From Candidatus Multivoradales bacterium (GTDB lineage Bacteria; Acidobacteriota; Thermoanaerobaculia; Multivoradales; J023): 64,000 bases of DNA. This document shows positions 40,145-51,907 of the stretch, piece by piece. The notes beneath the pieces are model-generated. The model searched no databases. It worked only from the letters and a program-made list of their open reading frames with translations, and was not told the origin of the DNA. The translations under genes were made by a program, and so were the position numbers. Where the stretch lies: the NCBI GenBank assembly GCA_965248925.1, contig CBDFLE010000006.1, positions 32,001-96,000 on the forward strand. Reading direction: 5' to 3'. The stretch's first letter is position 1, and the number at the start of each line of letters is the position of its first letter.

Positions 40145-40840
40145 GTGACTCCTACTGCCGATTCGATCGACCTTCGCGCGTTGCAAAACGTCTTCCCGGA
40201 TCCGCGGAACGCGCCGGCCGAGGGCCTACTGGCGGTCGGCGGCAATTACCGACCCGAGATGCTGCTCGCCGCCTACGCCAGCGGCGTCTTCCCTTGGCCC
40301 AGCGACGAGCTGCCCCACTCCTGGTTCTCCCCCGATCCACGCTGGGTAGTTCGGCCAGCCGACCTTCGCATCTCCCGCAGTCTGCGCAAGGCTGTGCGGC
40401 GAGGGGCTTTTCACATCACCTTCGACCACGCCTTCGAGCGGGTGATCGAGCTCTGCTCCAAGACCTCTCGGGCGGGCCAAGACAGTACCTGGATCACCGC
40501 CGAGATCTACCAAGGCTATTGCGATCTGCACCACATGGGCTGGGCCCATTCGGTGGAGTCCTGGCACGAAGGCGAGCTGGTGGGCGGCCTCTACGGGGTT
40601 GCAGTGGGTGGCATGTTCAGCGGCGATTCGATGTTCTACTTGCGCCCCGACGCCAGCAAGGTGGCGCTGGTGGCATTAGCTCAACACCTCGCCGAGCAGG
40701 GATTCACCTTCCTCGACTGCCAGGTTCACACCGCCAACATGGAGCGCTTCGGTGCTTTCGAGATCAGTCGCCGGCGGTTTCTCGAAGAGCTCGATCGGGC
40801 ACTCGACCTGCCCTCAAAGCCAGGCCGCTGGAGCCGCTGA
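40145..40840 (+). CDS. aat: Leucyl/phenylalanyl-tRNA-protein transferase
   Basis: GLLAVGG, AYASGVFPW, WFSPDPR, AHSVESW, LVGGLYG, DASKVAL, DCQ. Confidence 0.95.
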   Translation: MTPTADSIDLRALQNVFPDPRNAPAEGLLAVGGNYRPEMLLAAYASGVFPWPSDELPHSWFSPDPRWVVRPADLRISRSLRKAVRRGAFHITFDHAFERVIELCSKTSRAGQDSTWITAEIYQGYCDLHHMGWAHSVESWHEGELVGGLYGVAVGGMFSGDSMFYLRPDASKVALVALAQHLAEQGFTFLDCQVHTANMERFGAFEISRRRFLEELDRALDLPSKPGRWSR

Positions 40841-40841
40841 G

Positions 40842-42779
40842 GTGAACGGCAGGATCGCCATCGCAACTTGGCGCCGCTGGACCGGCCCAGCGGCAATCCT
40901 GGCTGCCACGACACTGATGCTGTGGCGTAGTTGGCTGAAGTGGCCCGACCTTTTCGTCGATTACGGCCAGCAGCTCTACGTCGCTTGGAGGCTTGCCGAA
41001 GGTGAGGTTCTCTACCGCGACATCGCTTACTTCCATGGCCCCTTGTCGTCGTACTTACACGCGGGGGTGATGCGGCTTTGGGGCACCAGCCTACTTTCGT
41101 TGGTGGTGTTCAATCTCTTGCTGCTCGGCGTTCTGCTGTGGCTGCTTTACCACTTGTTGAGCGATCTCGGCAGCCGCTTCTCGGCCACGGCCAGCTGCCT
41201 GCTGTTCGTCGGCATCTTCGCCTTCGGCCAATACCTGCGCATCGGCAACTACAATTACATCTGCCCCTACACTTACGAAATCACCCACGGCGTGATCCTC
41301 GCCCTGGCAGCCATCTTCTGCTTCGAGCGCCACCGGCGGCAGACCTCGAAGGGTCAGTTGGTGCTAGCAGGAGTGCTCCTCGGCCTGGTTTTCCTAACCA
41401 AAGTCGAGATTTTTGTCGCCGCCGCGGTGGCTCTATTCGGCGGCACCATGGCATTGGGTTGGCAGGATCGACTTGGAATGAGACAAGCGCTGCGCAGGCT
41501 AGCGGTGCTGGGTGGCGCAGCGCTCCTCGCACCGCTGGCGGCCTGGCTCTTGCTCTGTCTGGCCATGCCTCCAGCAGCGGCCCTTGAGGCGGTGACTCGG
41601 GCCTATTCAGCGGCGCTCACCTCGCCGGCTGGCGAACTCGCCTTCTATCGCTCGCGAATGGGATTGGACGCACCGGCCAGCAATCTTTGGCGCCTGGTTG
41701 TGACCTCCTCATGGCAACTGGCTGCTCTGGGGCCGGCAGCGATTGCCGCTTTTGTCTGGCAACGGCTTCCCAAGCTCCGTTGGGCGGCCGCAACCTTGGC
41801 GGCGCTGCCGGTGCTCTATCTTGCCTGGCAGCTGCCCAGCGCCGGCTGGTTCCATGCAGCAAGGCCCTTGCCGGTGTGGGTAATGGCGGTGATCGGCGCC
41901 TGCGGCATCCAGCTGCTCCGTCGACCAGCCGGCAGCGGTAACGGCCCATCTGACAACCTGGCACCCGGCAACGCTGTGCGCCCAACCCCTGGTCCAAGGG
42001 CCATCGGTATTCTGCCTTTGGCCCTGTTCGCCCTCGCTCTACTACTGAAAATCGTCCTCAACAGCCGGGTCTACCACTATGGGTTCGTGCTGGCCATGCC
42101 CGCAACCCTCTTGCTGGTGGTGGTTTGGTTGGAGTGGTTGCCACGCTGGATCACTCATCGCGGCGGCCAGGGCCGAGTGTTCCGGGTCAGCGCGACGGCG
42201 ATCCTACTCTTGGCGACCAGCGCCCATGTGCTGCGCAGCGAGCGCTACTTGGCCGCCAAGACCTACTTGGTAGCCGCAGGCGGCGATGCCTTCTGGAGCG
42301 ATTCGCGAGGCGCGGCAATCGAAGGCTTGCTAGCCACCTTGGCCAGCCACCGTCAGCCCGGCCAGACGCTGGCCGTTTTTCCCGACGGAATCCTGCTCAA
42401 CTATCTCTTGCGAGCCCCTTCCAGCCTGCCCTATCTGAACTACGTCCCCACCGAGGTGCTGGCCTACGGCGAAGAGCGGATCTTGGCGGATCTGCAACAA
42501 CAACCACCAGATTGGGTGGTGCTGGTGGAGGCCGACACCAGCATTTTCGGCTATCGCTACTTCGGCCAGGACTACGGGGTCGAGCTACGCCGCTTCATCG
42601 ACCGCGACTACCGGCCGGTAGGCACCTGGGGCGCGGTACCGCTGACCGGCTCGGGCTTTGGGGTCCAGCTGTGGCGGAAGCGCTCCGCGCAGCCATCCTC
42701 GTCCCAGCCGAGGTATGATTGGCACCGGCAGCGACAGCAGGCCGCCCGCCACCGGGCCAGCGCCCAGCGGCTTCACTAG
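40842..42779 (+). CDS. GT-C-type (ArnT/PMT-like) membrane glycosyltransferase
   Basis: DYGQQLY..GEVLYRDIAYFHGPLS; many TM; soluble tail with PDWVVL. Confidence 0.75.
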   Translation: MNGRIAIATWRRWTGPAAILAATTLMLWRSWLKWPDLFVDYGQQLYVAWRLAEGEVLYRDIAYFHGPLSSYLHAGVMRLWGTSLLSLVVFNLLLLGVLLWLLYHLLSDLGSRFSATASCLLFVGIFAFGQYLRIGNYNYICPYTYEITHGVILALAAIFCFERHRRQTSKGQLVLAGVLLGLVFLTKVEIFVAAAVALFGGTMALGWQDRLGMRQALRRLAVLGGAALLAPLAAWLLLCLAMPPAAALEAVTRAYSAALTSPAGELAFYRSRMGLDAPASNLWRLVVTSSWQLAALGPAAIAAFVWQRLPKLRWAAATLAALPVLYLAWQLPSAGWFHAARPLPVWVMAVIGACGIQLLRRPAGSGNGPSDNLAPGNAVRPTPGPRAIGILPLALFALALLLKIVLNSRVYHYGFVLAMPATLLLVVVWLEWLPRWITHRGGQGRVFRVSATAILLLATSAHVLRSERYLAAKTYLVAAGGDAFWSDSRGAAIEGLLATLASHRQPGQTLAVFPDGILLNYLLRAPSSLPYLNYVPTEVLAYGEERILADLQQQPPDWVVLVEADTSIFGYRYFGQDYGVELRRFIDRDYRPVGTWGAVPLTGSGFGVQLWRKRSAQPSSSQPRYDWHRQRQQAARHRASAQRLH

Positions 42780-42795
42780 AGAGACCCCTAAGAAG

Positions 42796-44607
<1,812 letters not shown>

Positions 44608-44633
44608 GCCATGGCAGGGTCAGGCACTGATCT

Positions 44634-45038
44634 TCAAGGAACAATTTCAAACACCTCAACCCCCTCCGGCCGGTAGACGCTAAAGCCACGCCGGTCGAGG
44701 GTGAAAACGCGCTTCAACCGGTCCCGCTCGGCTACTCTGACCAGTGCCGCATCGGCTAGGTCCATAGGTAGATCTCGGTACTTGCTCATCAATTCCCGCA
44801 TGCGGGGAAAGTCCGTCGCGTCAAGCGGCGAGAGCACGACAACACCGCGACTGAGTAAGTTCCACAGTGCTTCCTGCCCACGCCAGTCGAATCCGAGTAG
44901 ATACATGGCTTTCGTGACCGCCGGCCAGACGGTCAGCATCGGTTCTTTCAAAGACTCGAACAGTACGCGGCAGGAGTGATGCTGAGAATCGTCAGCGTGC
45001 AGCAAGGCCACTAATGGCCCCGCATCCACCAAGATCAA
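44634..45038 (-). CDS. vapC: PIN-domain toxin (VapC), possibly attenuated
   Basis: ILVDAGPLVA, PMDLADAALV, VFTLDRR; the expected TEA reads TKA. Confidence 0.88.
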   Translation of the reverse strand: MILVDAGPLVALLHADDSQHHSCRVLFESLKEPMLTVWPAVTKAMYLLGFDWRGQEALWNLLSRGVVVLSPLDATDFPRMRELMSKYRDLPMDLADAALVRVAERDRLKRVFTLDRRGFSVYRPEGVEVFEIVP

Positions 45039-45283
45039 CGTCGCCGCTCCAGTAGCTCGCGGAACTTGCGACCGGTCTCCTGAGACAGATCCGGCGGGCC
45101 GCCGCTGACGCAGCCGATAAGATCACGCGCCAATTCCGCCGGATTCGCCGTGGTCAAGGCGCGCCGTTCGGCCATCTCTTGGATCGCCAAGCGTACAACC
45201 TCGGATTTGGGCCGCTGAACTACGCGGACCAAGAGATTCAACGCTTCTTCAGTTCTTCGGTCAAGTCTTACACTGGTAGGCAT
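45035..45283 (-). CDS. Ribbon-helix-helix antitoxin (CopG/VapB-like)
   Basis: TSVRLD..KSEVVRLAI, DLIGCVSGGPPDLS; overlaps the toxin start. Confidence 0.82.
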   Translation of the reverse strand: MPTSVRLDRRTEEALNLLVRVVQRPKSEVVRLAIQEMAERRALTTANPAELARDLIGCVSGGPPDLSQETGRKFRELLERRR

Positions 45284-45352
45284 TCGGGACTCCCTGTAGG
45301 ACAAACCGTACTACATCTCGACATCTCGATGCAATTGCCCAATCGAGCAGTA

Positions 45353-46675
45353 CTACCCTGTCACCAGATCCACTGCCAAGGCATCGAGCGCCCGCTGTAG
45401 GGGGAAGAAGAAAGAGGTCTCGCCGCTGCCGGCGAAGGCCATGGCGATGGCGTAGCCGTCGGCGGCGATCAGCAAGGCGCCACAATCGCCAGGCTCGAGC
45501 ATCGGCGTAGTCTCGATCAAGTCGCCGAAGACAATCGGCACGGTGTTGCCATCGCCGGTGCCGCGCAATGGCCCACCGACGCAGCAGACCGGTAGCGGTA
45601 GCTCGATCTGGGCATCGATCTGCAACACCTCTCCGTGGACCGCGCCGCTGGTCCGGCCGACCATCGACACGGCTTCGCCGTCGACCGCAGGGCGGACTCC
45701 GCGCGGCACCCCGAGCCCGGAAATCTTGGCGCTGACATCAGTCACTTTGCGAACCGCTGCGATCAACGCAATCAGGTTGCTGGCAGCTCTGGCCGGCTGA
45801 TCGTGAGCGACGATGAAACGGCTGACTTTGGCCACGATATCGGCACGGGTGCCGCCATCAGGCCGGGCGGGCTGGATGACCGCGTCACCGGGGTTGGGAA
45901 GGGTGCCGCCGGCACAGAATGGGGTCAGGTCGGAGAGGATGGCGAGGGCCTTCGGATTACCCCGGTCGGTCACCAATGCGCCGAAGGTGGTGGCGCCGCC
46001 GCGGTAGTGGCCCAAGCTAGCGCCAGGCGACGCGGGCCGCACCCGTACCTGGAAAGGTGAGGCGGGCTGCGTCGCGGCAGGCGGTGAATCCGAGACCGGG
46101 TCAAGCAGAGCGGTAGAAACCGCCGCTGCCGGCACTCCCTCCGCAAGCTCGATCAACTTGGCATAGCCACTCTCGCGCAGCTCCAGCGGGCTGAGCACGA
46201 TCATGTCGCGCAAGATGTCGACTATCCGCGCAATCATGTCGCGGATGTCATCGTAGAGATTGAGGTCCTCGCCGATGCCCTGCAAGTTGGCCAGGCCGAC
46301 CGAGCGCATTTTGACTTCGAGTTCTTTCTTCTTGTCTTCCCAATGCTTGATGTAGTCGAGCAGGTCAATCGCGTCGTAGATTCGCGCATCACTCAACACT
46401 AATAGGAAAATTCGCTGCTTGAAGTCACCGTGCGCGAATACTTGCAGCAATTCGGACATGCAGAATCTTGAACGCAGGTACTTGTCCGAGATCAGCAGCA
46501 CTACCGCTCGGCCGTGGCCAATCTTTGCCATGAACTCGCGGATGCTGTCTTTCGCTCCCAACTCCCTCTTGTCTCGTCGCAACCGGATATGGTGCGCCGC
46601 CAGGGCCTGCTCGATCTCATCGGCGACTTGCTCACTCTCGCCACCCCAGGCGTAGGACAGATAAATCTCACTCAT
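45353..46675 (-). CDS. TIR domain fused to degenerate NAL1/trypsin-like protease domain
   Basis: IYLSYAW..RD..SIREFM..ISDKYLRSRFCMSEL TIR; Pro/Ala linker; TFGALV, VIQP..DGG, GRTSG, PGDCGALL, AMAFAGS. Confidence 0.85.
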   Translation of the reverse strand: MSEIYLSYAWGGESEQVADEIEQALAAHHIRLRRDKRELGAKDSIREFMAKIGHGRAVVLLISDKYLRSRFCMSELLQVFAHGDFKQRIFLLVLSDARIYDAIDLLDYIKHWEDKKKELEVKMRSVGLANLQGIGEDLNLYDDIRDMIARIVDILRDMIVLSPLELRESGYAKLIELAEGVPAAAVSTALLDPVSDSPPAATQPASPFQVRVRPASPGASLGHYRGGATTFGALVTDRGNPKALAILSDLTPFCAGGTLPNPGDAVIQPARPDGGTRADIVAKVSRFIVAHDQPARAASNLIALIAAVRKVTDVSAKISGLGVPRGVRPAVDGEAVSMVGRTSGAVHGEVLQIDAQIELPLPVCCVGGPLRGTGDGNTVPIVFGDLIETTPMLEPGDCGALLIAADGYAIAMAFAGSGETSFFFPLQRALDALAVDLVTG

Positions 46676-46755
46676 GCTTGAACCTCAGGTTAAGAGCATG
46701 AATTGTAACCGTTCCCCTAACCCGGCCGCTGGGAAAGAGCTAGGCTTGCCGAATC

Positions 46756-47931
46756 ATGGATGCCGAACTACTCGCAAGCGCCGAGCCCAAAACCGGCGCC
46801 GGGCTTTACCTGCACATTCCCTTCTGCTCCGCGATTTGCCCTTACTGCGATTTCGCGGTGCTGGTGGGAAACGAGCGTCGGCTGGCGGCGTTCGGCTCCT
46901 TGCTGGAGCAAGAAATTGGCCGCTGGAAGGCGACGAGTTGGAGTTTCGACACCGTCTACCTGGGTGGGGGTACGCCGTCGATCTTGCCCGCTGACACCCT
47001 CGCCGAGGTGTTTGCTCAGCTCGCCGACAACCTCACCCTCGAGGCGGATTGCCGATTCTACTTGGAAGCCAACCCGGAAGATGTCGACCGCCCACGGCTC
47101 GAGGCCTGGCAACGACTAGGAATCAGCACCTTGAGCCTCGGAGTGCAGGCTTTCGACGATCGGAATTTGGCCTTCCTCGGCCGCCGCCATGACCCTGCAC
47201 AAGCTCGGAGAGCGGTGCGCCTGGCTCTGGGATCCGACTTTGAAACCGTCTCACTGGATCTGATCTTCGGCCTACCTGGGCAAGATCTGGAGTCGTGGCG
47301 CCGGACTCTGCAAACCGCGATCGACCTCGGCCCACAGCATCTTTCTTGCTACCAGCTCGAGATCCACCAGCGCACCCCGTTTGGCCGCTTGCAACGCCGA
47401 GGTGAGCTGCGCGAAGCTCCCGAACCACGCCAGGCCGAACTTTTTCGGTTCACTCACCAACGCCTTGCCGACGCCGGCTGGCAAGGCTACGAGGTGTCGA
47501 ATTTCGCCCGCGCCCCGAAGCATCGCTCGCACCACAACAGCAAGTATTGGGACCACACCCCGTACCTCGGCCTGGGACCCTCGGCCCACTCCTTCGCTGG
47601 CCGGCGGCGTTGGTGGAATGTACGCCATATGGAAGCCTGGGCACGACAATTGCGCGACACCGGCGACCCCTTGGAGGGCTGCGAAAATCTGCGCAACGAG
47701 CAACTTGCGTTGGAGCGCCTGATGCTCGGCCTGCGCACCAGCGACGGCATCGACCTGCGACGCTTCCAACGGCGCTACGGCATCGACTTGGTGAGAACCA
47801 ACCAGCGACGCATCGACACTCTGCGCCGCGATGGCTTGCTCGCCGAAGACGCCGATTTCCTGCGCCCCACCCTCGATGGCCTAGCGGTGGCTGACGGCCT
47901 AGCGGTGAATTTTGAAGTCCGCGCCGACTAG
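46756..47931 (+). CDS. hemW: Radical SAM heme chaperone HemW (HemN-like)
   Basis: LYLHIPFCSAICPYCDF, GGGTPS, EANPE, SLGVQ, YEVSNFA, HNSKYW, GLGPSAHS. Confidence 0.93.
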   Translation: MDAELLASAEPKTGAGLYLHIPFCSAICPYCDFAVLVGNERRLAAFGSLLEQEIGRWKATSWSFDTVYLGGGTPSILPADTLAEVFAQLADNLTLEADCRFYLEANPEDVDRPRLEAWQRLGISTLSLGVQAFDDRNLAFLGRRHDPAQARRAVRLALGSDFETVSLDLIFGLPGQDLESWRRTLQTAIDLGPQHLSCYQLEIHQRTPFGRLQRRGELREAPEPRQAELFRFTHQRLADAGWQGYEVSNFARAPKHRSHHNSKYWDHTPYLGLGPSAHSFAGRRRWWNVRHMEAWARQLRDTGDPLEGCENLRNEQLALERLMLGLRTSDGIDLRRFQRRYGIDLVRTNQRRIDTLRRDGLLAEDADFLRPTLDGLAVADGLAVNFEVRAD

Positions 47932-47972
47932 GCGCGCCCCGCCAGCGGGCATTCTCCTGTACCGCAAACAGC

Positions 47973-48005
47973 AAACGAGCCCGACTGTGTTCAGTCGAGC
48001 CCGTT
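47973..48005 (-). terminator. Intrinsic terminator of copy A
   Basis: AACGGGCTCGACTG-AACA-CAGTCGGGCTCGTTT. Confidence 0.7.
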
Positions 48006-48043
48006 GCAAAGCCAGACCAGCTTACGCCGACCTGGCAGATTCC

Positions 48044-49390
48044 CTAGTTTGCGCTGGGAATCACGCCAGTGTCGGTGATCAGCGGGTTGACATCGTCGCA
48101 AGCCGAGGTCAGCGGTAAGGCCGAGTAGCCGACCTGGAACAGGCCCAAGGCGCTGATCGTGGTCGTTACATGGCTCTGCGAGATGTTGCCATCTGAGCCG
48201 AAGTCAACATCGAAAGCGACCCCGTCGTTCGGAATGTTCAGGTTGAGGAACGTCCAACCGGACTCGTAAGGAATCGCCAGATCGCCGTCGCCGATCTTCG
48301 AGCGCTGGGTCTCAAGCGGGAAACAAGCCGGATCGAAGTCCGGATCCGGCGGCGAGATCACGCCACCACCGAAGATGAAGCATATCTCGACCGCGTTCTC
48401 TTGCTCGTCGAACGCTACGACCTCGGTCTCGTTCATTGGGTTCTACGACGGACCCGCACCAGGGCCAGAGCCGCAATTGTAGAACTGCTGAGTGTCAGAG
48501 GTGGTCGAGTCACGCCACACCAAGAGGTCTGTGCCACCGGTGAAACCAGCGTTCTCGATGTAACGAGTCGCCCAGGTGGTAGCCAACGGCTCGCGATTGT
48601 CCGAGCCGGTCAGGCCTGGATCGTAGCGACCGTAGAAGGTGTAACCCGTCGGCGTCGAGCCGGCGTTGAACTGCGGATCGGCCTCGATGGCCACCAGCGG
48701 CTCGCCAAACGAGAAGGCGTTCACCTGATCGACGATGTAGAAGTCGCCCCACAGCTGGTTGATGTCGTTGGCGATACCCACGCCACCGTCCACGAAGTAG
48801 CCGGTCTCGTTCGGGAACACCGTCGAACACTGGTTGACGTTATCGATCGTGATGTAACCGCGAGCGATGGCATCACCGTGATCCTCGCCCATGCAGCCCA
48901 GACCCAGCACGTTCTGGCCAGTGTGGCCATTCTGCAAGCGGGTCAGGTTGGCCGAGGAAACCACCGGGTTGTTGAACGGGAATACGCCCAAGCAGCCAGG
49001 GAAACTACCGTCCCACTGCGGGTTCAAGCCGTGCGGGCTGATCAAGTCGGCGCCGTCATTCTGGGCATCGGCCGTGACCGGCAGGTTGCCCTGGAAGACG
49101 TCGAACAGGTTGACCGGCACGATGTCGTAACCGCTAAGGAAAACGTCGCAGTCAATCGTCGGCTGGGTCCAATCGGTCCACAGCGTGACGTGAGCCAGCG
49201 CCGGAGCGGCTGACGCGTTGTTGATGGTGAACAGCGTGGTGGTACCCACCGCGTTGGTGTAGTCGACCTCAAAGTAAGGCAGCAGTAGGGTCGCCGCCGG
49301 CACGTTGTCAATCGTGCACAGCTCGGCGAAGGCCTGTCCGCCGAAGGCAAGGACACTAGCCACTAGTAAAACTAAAACGATCTTTTTCAT
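48044..49390 (-). pseudogene. Secreted acidic protein, copy A, with in-frame amber stop
   Basis: Same length and frame as copy B; TAG at 48443-48445 aligns to TGG (Trp) in copy B. Confidence 0.85.
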
Positions 49391-49668
49391 ACCCGTCTAT
49401 TCTCCCAGGTTGAAAAGGTGGTTGCAGTGATTTTGGGAAGAGCCACGGGCCACGGTCACGAACTCAATTAGGTGGAGCCATCAGGTTCCCAGCCTGCGCT
49501 TGCTCTACGGGCGCTCACCTCTTCTTACGAAATTCAGCCGCGCTATAGCATGGCGAACCATGAATGACACCTCCGAGCCCCGTAGACCAGCGATGGTGAG
49601 CAGAAGACGGTGACGAGCTAGGGATCCAACAAGCCCCCGAGGGACAAGCTATACTGGCAAACCGTCAG

Positions 49669-50418
49669 TTGGAGGATGGTCCATTGAAAGTCGACCTTGA
49701 TGCAGCCGGCGGCGAGCTGCGTTTGTTACTCAGCAGCCGTGCCGCAATCGGCGAGCTTTTTCGCCGTGCCGAGGCCGAAGCCGGGCTGTTCGTCGAACTG
49801 GAGCGTGAGCTACCGCAGTTCCACCGTCTGTACCTCGAGGCTCGCGCCCGGCCAGCGATCCGCTTCCGTTGCTCGGTCGAGGTCTTGCAGGTGTTTCCCA
49901 GCGGTTCTGGTTTCGGCACCGCGCTACGCTTGGTGGAGTGGACGCCAGAACGGCAGCGCCAACTACAGCGCGCATTGGACGGCGGCGGTGAGACCGACGA
50001 GTCGGTTTCACCTGCTTTCCGCATCCGCCAGCTGAACCCGAACGAGCGTTTTCGCTTGGCTACCCGGGCAACGCGCAACGAACGCCAGATCCTACTTCGG
50101 GATACTTCCCCGCAAGTCTTGATGGGCCTGCTCTCCCACCCCAGGCTGGAGACTCAAGATGTGGTGGCGATCATCAAATCGCCTCACAGCTCCGCCGGCG
50201 TATTAAAACGAATCGCCGAGAATCGCAAGTGGATGATGCATCCGGAAGTCCGCACTGCCGTGGTCCGCAACCAAAAGACGCCAACCCCGCTGGCGATTCG
50301 CCTGCTCGATCGCCTACGCAGCGAAGATCTGCGGTGGCTGTCGAAGCTCGGTAACACTCGCGAGTCTCTGCGCCGTGCCGCGCTGCGGGTCTACCTACAG
50401 CGTACTGGCCGACGGTAG
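49669..50418 (+). CDS. Hypothetical protein with C-terminal helical domain
   Basis: Coherent ORF; ERQILLRD..VLMGLLSHPRL..AVVRNQKTP helical pattern. Confidence 0.8.
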   Translation: MEDGPLKVDLDAAGGELRLLLSSRAAIGELFRRAEAEAGLFVELERELPQFHRLYLEARARPAIRFRCSVEVLQVFPSGSGFGTALRLVEWTPERQRQLQRALDGGGETDESVSPAFRIRQLNPNERFRLATRATRNERQILLRDTSPQVLMGLLSHPRLETQDVVAIIKSPHSSAGVLKRIAENRKWMMHPEVRTAVVRNQKTPTPLAIRLLDRLRSEDLRWLSKLGNTRESLRRAALRVYLQRTGRR

Positions 50419-50489
50419 GCCGGCCCAGTCCTCGTCCAGCCACGCTGAAAACACCCGGTACACCAGGCGGGGTCTTTGACGCAAATAGC

Positions 50490-50523
50490 AAAAGGGCCCG
50501 ACTGCGAACAGTCGAGCCCTTTT
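50490..50523 (-). terminator. Intrinsic terminator of copy B
   Basis: AAAAGGGCTCGACTG-TTCG-CAGTCGGGCCCTTTT; probably bidirectional. Confidence 0.8.
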
Positions 50524-50560
50524 CCATGTCAGACCAGCTTACGCCGACCTGGCAGATTCC

Positions 50561-51907
50561 CTAGTTTGCGCTGGGAATCACTCCAGTGTCGGTGATCAAC
50601 GGGTTGACATTCTCGCAAGCCGAGGTCAGCGGCAACGCCGAGTAGCCGACCTGGAACAGGCCAAGGGCACTGATCGTGGTCGTCACATGGCTCTGAGCCA
50701 ACGAACCGTCGGAACCGAAGTCGACGTCGAAGGCGACGCCAATGTCGTCGATGTTCAAGTTCAAGAACATCCAACCCGACTCATACGGAAGGGCCAGGTT
50801 GCCGTCGCCTACCGTCGCCCGCTGGGTCTCCAGCGGGAAGCACGGCGGATCCACGTCCGGGTCCGGAGGCGAAATCACTCCGCCACCCAGGTCGAAGCAG
50901 ATCTCCACTGCGTTCTCCTGCTCGTCGAACGCCACAACCTCGGTCTCGTTCAGCGGGTTCCACGACGGGCCAGCACCAGGGCCAGAGCCACAGGCGTAGA
51001 ACTGCTGGGTGTCAGAGGTCGTCGAGTCACGCCACACCAAGAGGTCGGTACCACCGGTGAAACCAGCGTTCTCGATGTAACGAGTCGCCCAGGTGGTGGC
51101 CAACGGCTCGCGGTTATCCGAGCCGGTCAGGCCTGGATCGTAGCGACCGTAGAAGGTGTAACCGGTAGGCGTCGAGGCGGCGTTGAACTGCGGATCGGCC
51201 TCAATCGCCACCAACGGCTCACCGAAGGAGAAGGCGTTGACCTGGTCGACAATGTAGTAATCGCCCCACAGCTCGTTGATGTCGTTGGCAATGCCGACGC
51301 CGCCGTCTACGAAGTAGCCGGTCTCGTTCGGGAACACCGTCGAACACTGGTTGACGTTGTCGATCGTGATGTAACCACGAGCGATGGCGTCACTGTGATC
51401 CTCGCCCATGCAGCCCAGACCCAGCACGTCCTGGCCGGTGTGGCCATTCTGCAAACGGGTCAGGTTGGCCGAGGAAACCACCGGGTTGTTGAACGGGAAT
51501 ACGCCCAAGCAACCAGGGAAGCTACCGTCCCACTGCGGGTTCAAGCCGTGCGGGCTGATCAAGTCGGCGCCGTCGTTCTGGGCATCGGCCGTGACCGGCA
51601 GGTTGCCCTGGAAGACGTCGAACAAGTTAACCGGCACGATGTCGTAGCCAGTGAGGAAAACGTCGAAGTCGATCGTCGGCTGGGTCCAATCGGTCCACAG
51701 CGTGACGTGAGCCAGCGCCGGAGCGGCTGACGCGTTGTTGATCGTGAACAGCGTGGTGGTACCCGCCGCGTTGGTGTAGTCGACCTCGAAGTAGGGCAGC
51801 AAAAGAGTTGCGGCCGGTACATTGTCGATCGTACACAGTTCGGCGAACGCCTGCCCGCCAAGAGCGAGGAGGCTAGCCACTAGTAGGACTAGAACTATCT
51901 TTTTCAT
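50561..51907 (-). CDS. Secreted acidic protein, copy B (448 aa), candidate surface protein
   Basis: Signal peptide ending AFA; CTIDNVPAATLLLPYFEVD; D/N/T/G-rich with no Lys in the mature part; GGAGA SD. Confidence 0.88.
   Translation of the reverse strand: MKKIVLVLLVASLLALGGQAFAELCTIDNVPAATLLLPYFEVDYTNAAGTTTLFTINNASAAPALAHVTLWTDWTQPTIDFDVFLTGYDIVPVNLFDVFQGNLPVTADAQNDGADLISPHGLNPQWDGSFPGCLGVFPFNNPVVSSANLTRLQNGHTGQDVLGLGCMGEDHSDAIARGYITIDNVNQCSTVFPNETGYFVDGGVGIANDINELWGDYYIVDQVNAFSFGEPLVAIEADPQFNAASTPTGYTFYGRYDPGLTGSDNREPLATTWATRYIENAGFTGGTDLLVWRDSTTSDTQQFYACGSGPGAGPSWNPLNETEVVAFDEQENAVEICFDLGGGVISPPDPDVDPPCFPLETQRATVGDGNLALPYESGWMFLNLNIDDIGVAFDVDFGSDGSLAQSHVTTTISALGLFQVGYSALPLTSACENVNPLITDTGVIPSAN

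Noticed and set aside
48443-48445. Amber recoding (pyrrolysine or alternative code) to explain in-frame TAGs
   Set aside because: TAG ends many ordinary genes here (e.g. at 11350, 15393, 47931) and no pyl genes are in the window; a TGG-to-TAG mutation is simpler.
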